This document shows positions 9,528 to 19,102 of a stretch of DNA of 64,000 nucleotides, piece after piece. The position numbers and the translations under genes are program-made. The DNA comes from Desulfobulbaceae bacterium UBA5121 (GTDB lineage: Bacteria; Desulfobacterota; Desulfobulbia; Desulfobulbales; UBA5123). The stretch is from positions 52,649 through 116,648 of the forward strand of contig DHYV01000016.1 of assembly GCA_002414225.1 (NCBI GenBank). Reading direction: 5' to 3'. How positions within the stretch are numbered: the first letter of the stretch is position 1; each line of letters starts with the position of its first letter. A model generated the notes under the pieces. That model had not been told where the DNA came from. It was given only the letters and a program-made list of their open reading frames with translations, and did not search any database.

Positions 9528-10307
9528 ATGCAGAACTTGACCGATCAGGAAAAACGTTTCCCCGAGGGCATGGAGCCCCTGGGCTCCTCCACCTTCCGCT
9601 TTGCCTGCCATGCGGGGCTCGCCTGCTTTACCCACTGCTGCCGCCGCCAGAACATCTTCCTCTATCCCTACGACATCATCCGGTTGCGCAAGCGGCTCGG
9701 GATCAGCTCCGAGGAGTTCCTGAACCGCCATACCGGCGCGGTCAAGGGGGCAAATCCCTTCTTCCCGTCGCTGATGCTGCTGATGGAGAAGAGCGAGGCG
9801 CAGAACTGCCCCTTCCTGGGTGCGGAAGGCTGTACCGTTTACGAGGACCGTCCCTCGGCCTGCCGGACCTACCCCCTGGAACGGGCCGTGGATCGCAAAC
9901 CCGCCAAGGGCGAGCCCCGCGAGTACTACTTCCTCACCCGCCATCCCTACTGCCAAGGCCACGGCGAAGCCAAGGAGTGGACGGTCAAGGAGTGGCTCCG
10001 CGACCAGCAGCTCCTCGACTACAACCTCATGGACGACCTCTGGTCCGAGATGGACACCCTCTTCGCCGCCAATCCCTGGCAGGGCGAGGGCGCGGCCGGA
10101 CCCCGCCAGCAGGTGGCCTTCATGGTCTGCTACAACATCGACCGTTTTCGTCAGTACGTGGCCGACTTCAAGCTCGTCGAGCAGTTCCGGCTCGACAAGC
10201 AGCGACTGCGCGCCATCGAGGCCGACGACGAGGCCCTGCTCCGTTTCGGATACGACTGGTTGAAGCTCATCCTCGCCGGCATTCCCACCCTGAAACAGCG
10301 CCGCTAG
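9528..10307 (+). CDS. YkgJ-family (UPF0153, CxxCxxCC) Fe/Zn cysteine-cluster protein
   Basis: FACHAGLACFTHCCRRQNIFLYPYDIIRL and CPFLGAEGCTVYEDRPSACRTYP match the YkgJ family signature. Confidence 0.75.
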   Translation: MQNLTDQEKRFPEGMEPLGSSTFRFACHAGLACFTHCCRRQNIFLYPYDIIRLRKRLGISSEEFLNRHTGAVKGANPFFPSLMLLMEKSEAQNCPFLGAEGCTVYEDRPSACRTYPLERAVDRKPAKGEPREYYFLTRHPYCQGHGEAKEWTVKEWLRDQQLLDYNLMDDLWSEMDTLFAANPWQGEGAAGPRQQVAFMVCYNIDRFRQYVADFKLVEQFRLDKQRLRAIEADDEALLRFGYDWLKLILAGIPTLKQRR

Positions 10308-10736
10308 GGGGGCCTTGCATCACATCGTGACGGCTCTTTCGCCTCCCTCCGATTCCCCACCCGAGAAGCTCCCCCCGCTGCCATGACCCCGGGCTCCGTC
10401 CCGACGCCCGATGCCCCTTTTTGGGGGGGGCGTTTTGCCGGCCGCCGGCGGTGACTCCCGCGCCGCCAGGGAGGGCGTTTTCAATAAAAAAAGGCCGCCA
10501 AGGCATTCTTGTCCCCGGAATGGTTTGGCGAATTGCGCCAAGGCAAGTACTATCTGTGGGATCAGGACGATGCTCTCGGAGGGGCGCTTGCCTCAGCCGT
10601 TGCGGTGGCTGCTTCCGGGTGCCCGCTCCTGTTGGCCCGGCAGGGGTGGCCCAATGCCAGCAGGGCTGCCATGCCAACGAGTAAGGACAACCAGCGGCGG
10701 CGTCGCCAATTGCCTCGACCGATGCGAACTCTCTAT

Positions 10737-11654
10737 ATGGTGAGCAAAGCCCTGACGAAGTACTTTGCCCCTTGGGTTATTGCCATCTCTGCCGCTGCCT
10801 ATCTTTTCCCCGCGTTCTTTCTGCCCATCAAACCCTTTATTGCCTTCCTGCTCGGCGTCATCATGTTTGGAATGGGGATGACCCTCCGCAGCGATGACTT
10901 TCGGGTTGCCTTTTCGCGGCCGGTGCCGATCGTGATCGGCGTTGCCCTGCAGTATCTGGTCATGCCGGCCCTCGGGTTTGGCCTTGCCGTTCTCCTGAGG
11001 CTGCCGCCCGAGATAGCGGCGGGAGTCATTCTGGTCGGGGCCTGTCCCGGCGGCACCGCATCCAATGTCATGGTCTATCTGTCCCGTGGCAATACGGCGC
11101 TCTCCATCGCCATGACCACCATCTCGACCCTGCTGGCTCCGGTCTTGACTCCCTGTTTGACCCTGTTGTATGCCAGGAAATGGCTCCCTGTCGATCCGGC
11201 GACTCTGTTCCAGTCCATCTTGAAGATTGTCCTGTTTCCGGTGATTTTAGGTGTATTGCTGAAACGATTTTCGCCAAGATTAGCCGAGAGGAGTGCGGCG
11301 TGGACCCCGTCGATCTCGGTTCTCGCCATCATGGCCATCGTTGCCTGCGTGGTGGCGCTCAACGTGCACAACATCGTCACCGCGGGTGGTTTTGTTTTTA
11401 TGGCCGTTGTCCTGCACAACCTGCTGGGGCTGCTGGCCGGTTACCTGATTGCCCTGGCGCTCAGGCTAAATCGCGGAGATCGCCGGGCGATAGCCATCGA
11501 GGTCGGCATGCAGAACTCCGGCCTGGGCGCGGCGTTGGCCCAGGCGCATTTCACGCCGATGACCGCCCTGCCCAGTGCCATATTTTCCATCTGGCACAAT
11601 ATTTCAGGGGCGATGCTGGCGAGTGTCTGGGGACGAGGCGCTCGGAACGGATGA
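10737..11654 (+). CDS. Bile acid:Na+ symporter (BASS/SBF) family transporter
   Basis: About 10 TM segments, with GMGMTL, PALGFGLA and ACPGGTASNVM...EVGMQNSGLG motifs characteristic of SBF/BASS. The start was chosen at MVSKALTKYF; the earlier part of the track ORF is non-membrane junk. Confidence 0.8.
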   Translation: MVSKALTKYFAPWVIAISAAAYLFPAFFLPIKPFIAFLLGVIMFGMGMTLRSDDFRVAFSRPVPIVIGVALQYLVMPALGFGLAVLLRLPPEIAAGVILVGACPGGTASNVMVYLSRGNTALSIAMTTISTLLAPVLTPCLTLLYARKWLPVDPATLFQSILKIVLFPVILGVLLKRFSPRLAERSAAWTPSISVLAIMAIVACVVALNVHNIVTAGGFVFMAVVLHNLLGLLAGYLIALALRLNRGDRRAIAIEVGMQNSGLGAALAQAHFTPMTALPSAIFSIWHNISGAMLASVWGRGARNG

Positions 11655-11761
11655 AGCCGGCCAACCCGCCGGTTGGCTGCCTATGGCTATGGATGGATCT
11701 TTTTTTGGTCAATGAAAATGTTACCTCGGAAGCGTTAAGTCGCGATCACCCAGGACGCCTC

Positions 11762-13321
11762 ATGGTCACCCGAATCTTTTCCAGCAGCCTTCGGGCAATT
11801 CTCCGGTCGTGCGGCATTGTCGTGCTGCTGCTGGCCTGCTGTTGGACACCCCAGGCCCGGGCCGCCGAAGAGGGCGCCAGTCCGGCCGCGCCGACGATGA
11901 CCCTCTACGACGCGGTGATGCTCGCCATCCGCAACAACCGCAGCGTCAAGTCCGCCTATCTCGACCGGGTGGTGCAGAAGTTCGACCTCAAGGTGGCCGA
12001 GGACGAGTTCTACCCCAACCTCAACCTGCTCAGCTCCTACGCCTATCAGAACAACCGGGACAAGATCTTCAGCTCCACCGGCGTGACCGAAAGCGGCAGC
12101 ACCACCGCCGCCACCTCCGGCACCGTCGCCATGACCGAGCGGATCCCCACCGGCGCCGACCTTGCCTTCAGCTGGGCCAAGACCGACGCCACCGTCAGCG
12201 ACACCGTCACCAGCGACCCCGAACAGATCAGCCGTGGCTCCTCCTGGAGCGTCACCCTGAGCCAGCCGCTGCTCAAGGGTGGCGGCATCGACGTGGCCAC
12301 CGCCTCGCTGCGCCGCGCCCGCATCGACGAGCAGCAGAACGTCCTCAACCTCAAATCGACCCTGATCGCCACGGTGGATTCGGTGATCACCGCCTATCGC
12401 ACCCTGCTCCAGGCCGGCCGGCAGGCCGAGATCAGCGGTGCCTCGCTTGCGCGTTCACGTGCGCTGCTTGAGAAGAACAAGCTGCTCATCAAGGTGGGCC
12501 GGATGGCGGCCCAGGAAATCGTCCAGGCCGAGGCCGACGTGGCCCGCAACGAACTCGCCCATCAGCAGGCCCTGAACAGTCTGCGCAGCGCCCGCCTCAA
12601 CCTGATCAGCGTGCTCGACATCGATCGCAACACCCAGATTCGGACCGATCCCGAGGTGGCGATCAAGGAGATCAATCCCTCGGTGGACGAGTGCATGGCC
12701 CTGGCCAAGAAGAACCGGCCCGATTACTTGGGTTCGCTGCTCGAAAAGCAGGGCCTTGACATCAACCTGATGCTGGCCCGCAACAACCGGCTCTGGGATC
12801 TGAAGGTCAACGGCAGTCTCAACGGCTCCGACACCGTCAACAGCCTGGCTGACGACTCGAAGGCCAACGAGTGGAAGGTCGGCGTGACCCTGGAGGTACC
12901 TCTCTACGGCGACCTCACCCGCGAGCAGGCCATCCTGCGGGCGGAGACGGACCTCAAAAAATACGCCATCAGTCAGCAGGAACTCGACGAGCAGGTGGCC
13001 ATCGAGGTGGAGGACGCCATCCGTGACCTCAACATGAAGTTCGTCCAGATGAAGCTGGCCCGGCAGGCCCGCACCCTTTCCGAAAAGCAGCTCGCCATCG
13101 AACAGGAAAAACTCGATCTCGGCATGACCACCAACTTCCAGCTCGTCCAGTTTCAAAACGACCTTGTTTCGGCCCAGACCAGCGAACTCGACACCAAGAT
13201 CTCTTACCTGAACGCCCTGACCAGGCTCGATCAGGTGCTGGGGACCACTCTCGATACCTGGCGGATTGACCTGCAAAACAACCGCATTGTTCCTGCGGCA
13301 GCACCGGGGAGCGCTCCATGA
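11762..13321 (+). CDS. TolC-like outer-membrane efflux protein
   Basis: Signal peptide (GIVVLLLACCWTPQARAAEE), LTLYDAVMLAIRNNRSVKSAYL, and two OEP repeats with coiled-coil heptads. It forms an operon with an MFP and ABC genes. Confidence 0.8.
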   Translation: MVTRIFSSSLRAILRSCGIVVLLLACCWTPQARAAEEGASPAAPTMTLYDAVMLAIRNNRSVKSAYLDRVVQKFDLKVAEDEFYPNLNLLSSYAYQNNRDKIFSSTGVTESGSTTAATSGTVAMTERIPTGADLAFSWAKTDATVSDTVTSDPEQISRGSSWSVTLSQPLLKGGGIDVATASLRRARIDEQQNVLNLKSTLIATVDSVITAYRTLLQAGRQAEISGASLARSRALLEKNKLLIKVGRMAAQEIVQAEADVARNELAHQQALNSLRSARLNLISVLDIDRNTQIRTDPEVAIKEINPSVDECMALAKKNRPDYLGSLLEKQGLDINLMLARNNRLWDLKVNGSLNGSDTVNSLADDSKANEWKVGVTLEVPLYGDLTREQAILRAETDLKKYAISQQELDEQVAIEVEDAIRDLNMKFVQMKLARQARTLSEKQLAIEQEKLDLGMTTNFQLVQFQNDLVSAQTSELDTKISYLNALTRLDQVLGTTLDTWRIDLQNNRIVPAAAPGSAP

Positions 13322-15135
13322 GCGAACAGCAGCTGTTCTTCCAGAACATCCTCGAGAACATGCACGACGGCGTGATGACCCTCGACGGCGAGGGGCGGAT
13401 AACCATGTTCAACCAGGCCGCCGGCGATATCCTGGGCGTGCCTCGCGACGAGGTGGCCGGCCGGGGATTTGCCGAGGTCTTCATGCTTGAGCTGGAGGGC
13501 AACGATGCCTTCAATCAGGCCATCCTCGACGCGGTGTATCAGGCCGCGATCGGCAGCACCGCCCTGGTCGATTTCACCCGGCCGGCCGGCGATACCGTGC
13601 ACCTGGCCGTGACTTCCTCCTACCTTCGCCGTCCCGAGGGGGGGAAGACCGGCGACGGCCAGGGGATCATCGTCGTCTTTAACGACATCACCGAGGTGCA
13701 GAAGCTCAGGAACGCGGAGAAAGAACTCAACCGGCAGTTAATCGCCGCCTGCCGCAAGGCCGAGGAGTCCAACGCCAGCCTGAACACCGCGTTGCGCAAG
13801 GTACAGATCATTCGCGTCATGGTCACCTCCTTCGTGCTGCTGCTCTTCCTGGGCCTTGGCCTCTACTACTGGAACAAGAGCCCGGTCGCGGTGGTGGCGC
13901 AGAGCAGCGGCTTCACCGAGGGGCCGATGCGGCGCATGCCGGGTGTCGGCGGCGGCCCCGCCGTCGAAGTGGCGGGCGGCCAGGAAGTGACCGCCTCGGT
14001 TTCCATGAGCGGCACCCTGGAGCCGGTTGAGAAGATCCATGTCGTGGCCCCGTTCAACGCCTCGGTGGAAAAGATCTTCTGTCAGTACGGCGACGAGGTA
14101 AAAAAGGGCGACCCGCTGCTGCTCCTCGAAACCTCGGAGTTCGAGGTGGAGGTCCGGAACGCCGAGGCCGAGTACATCAAGGCATTGCAGGCTTACAACG
14201 AGTTGAAGGACTGGTCGGAAAGCAACGAGATGGCTCGGGCCAAGCGTTCGCTCATGAAGGCGCGTCGGGAACTCGACGTCAACCGCCGCAAGCTCGACGA
14301 GGCGCAGCTCCTCTTTGACAAGGGCATCGTCTCGGGCAACGAACTCGATGGCGCCAAGGCGGCGGTTCAGAACGGCGAACTTGAACTCAAGGCCGCCGAT
14401 GAAGATCTGGCGACGGTGAAGAGCAAGGGCGGCGCCGCCAACGTCAGGGTGGCGGAGATGGCGTTAATGAACGCCCGCACCAAGAAGGAAACCTTGGAGG
14501 CGAAGCTCCGCCGCGGCGAGATCCGGGCTCCGGAAAGCGGCGTGATCATGCTGGGCGGTGCCGAAGGCGGCAAGCAGGCCAAGCCGCTCGAAAAGGGAGC
14601 GCCGGTGAAAGAAGGCGATGTCCTCCTGTCGGTGGGCAACCTGGCCGGCTTGACGGTCAGGGCCGATGTGGACGAGATCGACGTGGGCAAGATCGGGATT
14701 GGCCAGAAGGTGCGGGTCACCGGCGATGCCTTCCCCGGCGTCACCCTGGCCGGCAGGGTCAGCGCGGTGTCGAGCCAGGCCCGGCAGGGGGGCATGGGCG
14801 CCATCGGGGTGCCCACCTTCGAGGTGATGGTCACCATCAGCGAGATTCCCGCCGCGGTGCGGCGGCAGATCCGCTTGGGGATGACCGCCACCATGGAGGT
14901 GCAGGTCTACGAGAACAAGGACGCCCTGATGGTGCCCATCGACGCCGTGGAGGTCGCCGACGGCAAGGCCAAGGTCAGGGTTCGCGACAAGGCCACCGGC
15001 GAGGTGCGCGAGGTGCCGGTCAAGACCGGCACCACCAACGTTACCTCGGTGGAGATCAAGAGCGGCATCAGCGCCGGCGACCAAGTGCTCACCGGCAAGG
15101 ACGCCGGCCACGGCGGCGGAGAAGCGGGTCGATGA
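13318..15135 (+). CDS. MacA/HlyD-type periplasmic adaptor (membrane-fusion protein) with an N-terminal cytoplasmic PAS-like domain
   Basis: Residues 1 to about 125 are PAS-like (FFQNILENMHDGVMTLDGEGRITMFNQAAGDILG...GIIVVFNDITE). There is one TM segment (IIRVMVTSFVLLLFLGLGLYYW). A barrel-sandwich/coiled-coil MFP follows (VSMSGTLEPVEKIHVVAPFNASVEKI...GDPLLLLE). The start overlaps the tolC-like stop and the stop overlaps the ATPase start. Confidence 0.75.
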   Translation: MSEQQLFFQNILENMHDGVMTLDGEGRITMFNQAAGDILGVPRDEVAGRGFAEVFMLELEGNDAFNQAILDAVYQAAIGSTALVDFTRPAGDTVHLAVTSSYLRRPEGGKTGDGQGIIVVFNDITEVQKLRNAEKELNRQLIAACRKAEESNASLNTALRKVQIIRVMVTSFVLLLFLGLGLYYWNKSPVAVVAQSSGFTEGPMRRMPGVGGGPAVEVAGGQEVTASVSMSGTLEPVEKIHVVAPFNASVEKIFCQYGDEVKKGDPLLLLETSEFEVEVRNAEAEYIKALQAYNELKDWSESNEMARAKRSLMKARRELDVNRRKLDEAQLLFDKGIVSGNELDGAKAAVQNGELELKAADEDLATVKSKGGAANVRVAEMALMNARTKKETLEAKLRRGEIRAPESGVIMLGGAEGGKQAKPLEKGAPVKEGDVLLSVGNLAGLTVRADVDEIDVGKIGIGQKVRVTGDAFPGVTLAGRVSAVSSQARQGGMGAIGVPTFEVMVTISEIPAAVRRQIRLGMTATMEVQVYENKDALMVPIDAVEVADGKAKVRVRDKATGEVREVPVKTGTTNVTSVEIKSGISAGDQVLTGKDAGHGGGEAGR

Positions 15136-15800
15136 TGCTCGAACTCCAGGACATCTACAAGAGCTACGCCCTGGGCGCGGTGAGGGTCGAGGTGCTCAAT
15201 GGGGTCAACCTGCGGGTCGATGCCGGCGAGTTCGTCTCGGTGATCGGCAGTTCCGGTTGCGGCAAGTCGACCCTGATGCACATCATCGGCTTCCTGGACA
15301 CCCCCACCAGCGGCGAATACGTCTTCGAAGGCAGGAAAACCGCGGCCTTCATGGATGAGGAACTCTGCCAGATCCGCAACCGCAAGATCGGTTTCGTCTT
15401 CCAGCAGTTCCACCTGCTGCCCCGGCTGTCGGCGTTGGAGAACATCTGCCTGCCGCTCGTCTACCGCAACCAGCCGGAGGCGACCAACGAGAAAATCGCC
15501 CGGCAGGTGCTCGATCGGGTGGGCATGGCAGGAAGGGAGATGTTCCGGCCCGGCGAACTCTCCGGCGGCCAGCAGCAGCGGATCGCCATTGCCCGGGCTC
15601 TGGCCGCCTCGCCGTCGCTGATCCTGGCCGACGAGCCCACCGGGGCGCTGGACTCCCAGACCGGCCAGGAGATCATGAACCTGTTTTTGGAGCTGAATCG
15701 CGAGGGGATCACCGTCCTGATCATCACCCACGATCCCAAGATCGCCGGGCAGTGCAAGCGGGTGGTCCGCATGCAGGACGGCACCCTGCGCGAGGCGTGA
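15132..15800 (+). CDS. ABC transporter ATP-binding protein (MacB/LolD type)
   Basis: Walker A GSSGCGKST, Q-loop, signature LSGGQQQRIAIARAL and Walker B ILADEPTGALD. Confidence 0.9.
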   Translation: MMLELQDIYKSYALGAVRVEVLNGVNLRVDAGEFVSVIGSSGCGKSTLMHIIGFLDTPTSGEYVFEGRKTAAFMDEELCQIRNRKIGFVFQQFHLLPRLSALENICLPLVYRNQPEATNEKIARQVLDRVGMAGREMFRPGELSGGQQQRIAIARALAASPSLILADEPTGALDSQTGQEIMNLFLELNREGITVLIITHDPKIAGQCKRVVRMQDGTLREA

Positions 15801-15808
15801 GACGGAAG

Positions 15809-17008
15809 ATGATCAAGGCCAACGTCATAGAGGCGGCGCGCAGCCTGATGAGCGCCAAGCAGCGGACCTTCCTGGCCCTGCTCGGCATTGTGATCGGCAT
15901 CGGCTCGGTGATCGCCATGGTTTCGGTGGGCACCTTTGTCAAGGAGGAGGCCTTGCGGCAGTTCACCGACATGGGCACCGACGTGATCCGGGTGCGGCAG
16001 GATTATGGCGAAGGCAAGGGGGGCGGCGGTGTCATGAGCGGCCCCGGGGGGTTGCACCTGTCGGACATCGACAAGATCCCTGCCGAGTGCCCGGAGATCG
16101 GCGAGATCGCGCCGTACATTGCCGTGTACGGCGCTCTGCGCTACCACGGTCGGCAGATGCCGGCGCCGGCCCTGGGGGTGACCTCCTCGTTCGGCAGGCT
16201 GTTCAGGCTGCCGGTGACCGAGGGCCGCTTTGTGAGCGACCTGGACCGCTACATGTCCTTCTGCGTGGTCGGGCCAGAGGTGGCCGCGGCCATGCGCCAG
16301 GCCGGGGCCAAGAAGTTGATCGGCGAGAAGCTGACCTTCAAGCAGAGGATCTTCACCGTGGTCGGGGTCACCCCCAAGGTGCCGGTGGGCTCCATGCGCC
16401 CTTACGAGATCAACGATGGGATCTTCATCCCCATCACCACCGCCAGCCGCTTTCCGGACCGGCCGCAGATCGATGATATCACCGCCCGCATGGTGCCGCG
16501 CGGCCGGGCCGCGGTGGCGGTTGCGCAGCTCCGGTCCTTCTTCGCCAACAACGTCCCCTCCTTCCGGCCGCGGGTGACCAGCGCCGAGGAGCTGATCGCC
16601 AAGATGGAAAAGCAGATGCAGCTCTTCACCCTGCTGCTTGCCGCCATCGGCAGCATCTCGCTCATCGTCGGCGGCGTGGGGGTGATGAACGTCATGCTGG
16701 TGTCGGTGAGCGAGCGGCGCAAGGAGATCGGCATCCGGCGGGCTCTGGGAGCCAGCAAACGGGACATCCAGTCCCAGTTCCTGGTGGAGTCGATGATCCT
16801 CTGCTTCATGGGCGGCATCTTCGGCATCGGCCTGGGGCTGGGCTCCTCCTACCTCATCGCCCATTTCTCCAAGTGGACCTTCTCCATCTCCTACGACGCC
16901 ATCCTCATCGGCTTCTGCGTCTCCGCCGCGGTGGGCGTCTTCTTCGGCTTCTTCCCGGCTCGCCAGGCGGCCCGTCTCAACCCCATCGAGGCCCTGCGTT
17001 CGGAGTAA
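15809..17008 (+). CDS. ABC transporter permease, FtsX/MacB type
   Basis: MacB_PCD-like periplasmic domain between TM1 and TM2. The C-terminal FtsX domain has VMLVSVSERRKEIGIRRALGA...PARQAARLNPIEALRSE. Confidence 0.85.
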   Translation: MIKANVIEAARSLMSAKQRTFLALLGIVIGIGSVIAMVSVGTFVKEEALRQFTDMGTDVIRVRQDYGEGKGGGGVMSGPGGLHLSDIDKIPAECPEIGEIAPYIAVYGALRYHGRQMPAPALGVTSSFGRLFRLPVTEGRFVSDLDRYMSFCVVGPEVAAAMRQAGAKKLIGEKLTFKQRIFTVVGVTPKVPVGSMRPYEINDGIFIPITTASRFPDRPQIDDITARMVPRGRAAVAVAQLRSFFANNVPSFRPRVTSAEELIAKMEKQMQLFTLLLAAIGSISLIVGGVGVMNVMLVSVSERRKEIGIRRALGASKRDIQSQFLVESMILCFMGGIFGIGLGLGSSYLIAHFSKWTFSISYDAILIGFCVSAAVGVFFGFFPARQAARLNPIEALRSE

Positions 17009-17170
17009 GGCGAACCGCGAAAAATCGCCTTTTCGCCCAGCACGCCTCGTGTCCGAAATTTTATCCGCGAGCGGCACTGCCGGGGCGTCCGTCAGCGTGA
17101 TTCCATCCAGGCGCCAAGCCGAGGGTACCTTCCCGCCGGTCATCCCTTTTCGTCCGCGCACGGCCGCGGG

Positions 17171-19102
17171 CTATTCTCCTCCCAGGTAATGGAGCGACAG
17201 GATGGTGATGTCATCGGCCTGGGGGGCCTCGCCGGCAAACGCCTTGACCGAGGCGAGCACCTTTTGCACCTGGGCTTCGCAGCCCAGGGTGGCGAAATCC
17301 CTGGCCGTGGCGAGCAGCCGGTCGTCGGAGTACAGCTCGTCGGCCATGTCCTTGGCTTCGGTGACCCCGTCGGTATAGACCAGCATGGCGTCGCCGGGCA
17401 GGAGGGTGAGCGAGGCGGTTTCGTACTCGGTGTCCTCCATGCCGCCCAGCACGAATCCCGGTTTCATCTCCAGCCACTGGGGCGGCTGCTGCCGCCGGAT
17501 GATCACCGGCGGGTTGTGGCCGGCATTGGCATAGGCCAGCACCCCGGTTCTGAGGTCCAGGATGCCGCAGAACAGGGTGACGAACATCATGGCGTCGTTG
17601 TCCCGGGCCAGTTCCTGATTGACCAGTTCCAGAAGCCGGGAGGGGGGCATGCCCGGTTCCGCCATGCCTTTCATGAGCGTCTTGGTCACCGCCATGAAGA
17701 GCGCGGCCGGCACGCCCTTGCCGGAGACGTCGCCTACCGTGAAAAGGAGGTGGGCGTCGTCGAGGAGGAAGAAGTCGTAGAGATCGCCGCCCACCTCCTT
17801 GGCGGACTCCAGGGTGGCGAAGATTTCGAAGCTGGTCTTGTCGGGGAAGGGCGGGAACTGTTTGGGCAGGAAGTTCAACTGGATGGAACGGGCGATTTTG
17901 AGTTCGCTCTCGATGCGCTCCTTAGCCGCGGTGGTGGCGGCCAGATCAGCGATGTACTCCTTTAACGCCGTCCGCATGTTGGCGAACGAGCGGGTGAGCC
18001 TGCCCACCTCGTCGTTGTCGGTGACCCGGGGCAGTTCCACGTCCAGGTTGCCCCGGGCGATTTCGGTGGTGGTGGCGGCGAGCGAGGCGATGGGCTTGGT
18101 GATCCGGCGGGAGATAAAGGCGATGATGATGAAGAGCCCCAGAAAGCCGATCGCGCCGATGAGCACCACCTTGACACTCAGGGTGTTGACATCGGCAAAG
18201 AGTTCCTTCTCCGGCACCACCACGGCGAGCGACCAGCCGCTGGTGGCGAGCGGCGCATAGGAAAGCCACGCCTTCTCGCCGGAGACGAAGTCGGTGATGG
18301 GGACGAAGTCTTCGTCGCCGTAGATCATGCGCCGGCCGATTTCCCGGAGATTTTTATCACCCCTGGCCTCGGCGATGCTGAAGATCGACTCCCGCATGAC
18401 GAACTTCTGGTAGGGGTGGGTGATGATCACCCCGTTGGCCGAAATCAGGAAGGCGTAGCCCGAGGTATAGACCTTGGTGGCGGCGATGATTTCCTGCAGC
18501 CAGTTGAGGGCGACATCGGCGGTGACAATGCCGGTCAGCGTTCGTTTGCCGTTCTGGTTGCGGTAGAAGGGGACCGAGAAGGTGGCCATCATGATGTCGC
18601 CGCCGCCCTCGTCGTAATACGGCTCGCTCCACACCGCGTGGCCGAGTTCCCGGGGCACCTGATACCAGTCCATGTAAAAGTAGTGGTAGGGTTCGACGTT
18701 CAGGTAGGCCAGGGCGATGTCGTTGCCCTTCTGGTAGGCGTAAGGGGCGAAATAACGTTGCTGCGGTTCGAAGGCGTAGGGCTCGAAGGCGATGGCCGAG
18801 CCGAAGATGTTGGGATTGTTCTTGGCAACGTCCTTGACATCCCGCAGGATGTCCGCCCTGGTGTACGGGTGTTCCTCAAGGGTGGCGGCCAGGTTGCGAG
18901 GCATCTGCTCGACGCTGCGCAAAACCGATTCGATCCGGTAGGCCGTGGCCCGGGTGAGATTCATGGTGGTTTCCCTGACCCCCTTCAGGACGATCCGCCT
19001 GGCGACCAGGTGGTTGTACCCAAAGGCTGCGGCAAAGACCAGGGTGGTGCTGGTGAGGATGAAGAGGATCAGCTTGCCGGCCAAACCGAGATTCTTAATC
19101 AT
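17171..19102 (-). CDS. Membrane sensor Ser/Thr phosphatase: Cache-like periplasmic domain - HAMP - PP2C/SpoIIE (RsbU-like)
   Basis: TM1 (LILFILTSTTLVFAAAF), a periplasmic region of about 290 aa with a Cache-like pattern, TM2, HAMP (ITKPIASLAATTTEIARGNLDVELP), then SpoIIE motifs (EVGGDLYDF...FTVGDVSGKGVPAALFM...YANAGHNPP...DDITILSL). An alternative start is at 19132. Confidence 0.8.
   Translation of the reverse strand: MIKNLGLAGKLILFILTSTTLVFAAAFGYNHLVARRIVLKGVRETTMNLTRATAYRIESVLRSVEQMPRNLAATLEEHPYTRADILRDVKDVAKNNPNIFGSAIAFEPYAFEPQQRYFAPYAYQKGNDIALAYLNVEPYHYFYMDWYQVPRELGHAVWSEPYYDEGGGDIMMATFSVPFYRNQNGKRTLTGIVTADVALNWLQEIIAATKVYTSGYAFLISANGVIITHPYQKFVMRESIFSIAEARGDKNLREIGRRMIYGDEDFVPITDFVSGEKAWLSYAPLATSGWSLAVVVPEKELFADVNTLSVKVVLIGAIGFLGLFIIIAFISRRITKPIASLAATTTEIARGNLDVELPRVTDNDEVGRLTRSFANMRTALKEYIADLAATTAAKERIESELKIARSIQLNFLPKQFPPFPDKTSFEIFATLESAKEVGGDLYDFFLLDDAHLLFTVGDVSGKGVPAALFMAVTKTLMKGMAEPGMPPSRLLELVNQELARDNDAMMFVTLFCGILDLRTGVLAYANAGHNPPVIIRRQQPPQWLEMKPGFVLGGMEDTEYETASLTLLPGDAMLVYTDGVTEAKDMADELYSDDRLLATARDFATLGCEAQVQKVLASVKAFAGEAPQADDITILSLHYLGGE

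Noticed and set aside
10496-10545. A 10-bp direct repeat CGCCAAGGCA (10496-10505 and 10536-10545) and the hairpin or palindrome TTGGCG-N5-CGCCAA (about 10525-10541), upstream of the BASS transporter.
   Set aside because: These are short GC-rich repeats that could easily arise by chance in this composition, and no recognisable regulator motif is present. Noted only as a very low-priority candidate operator.
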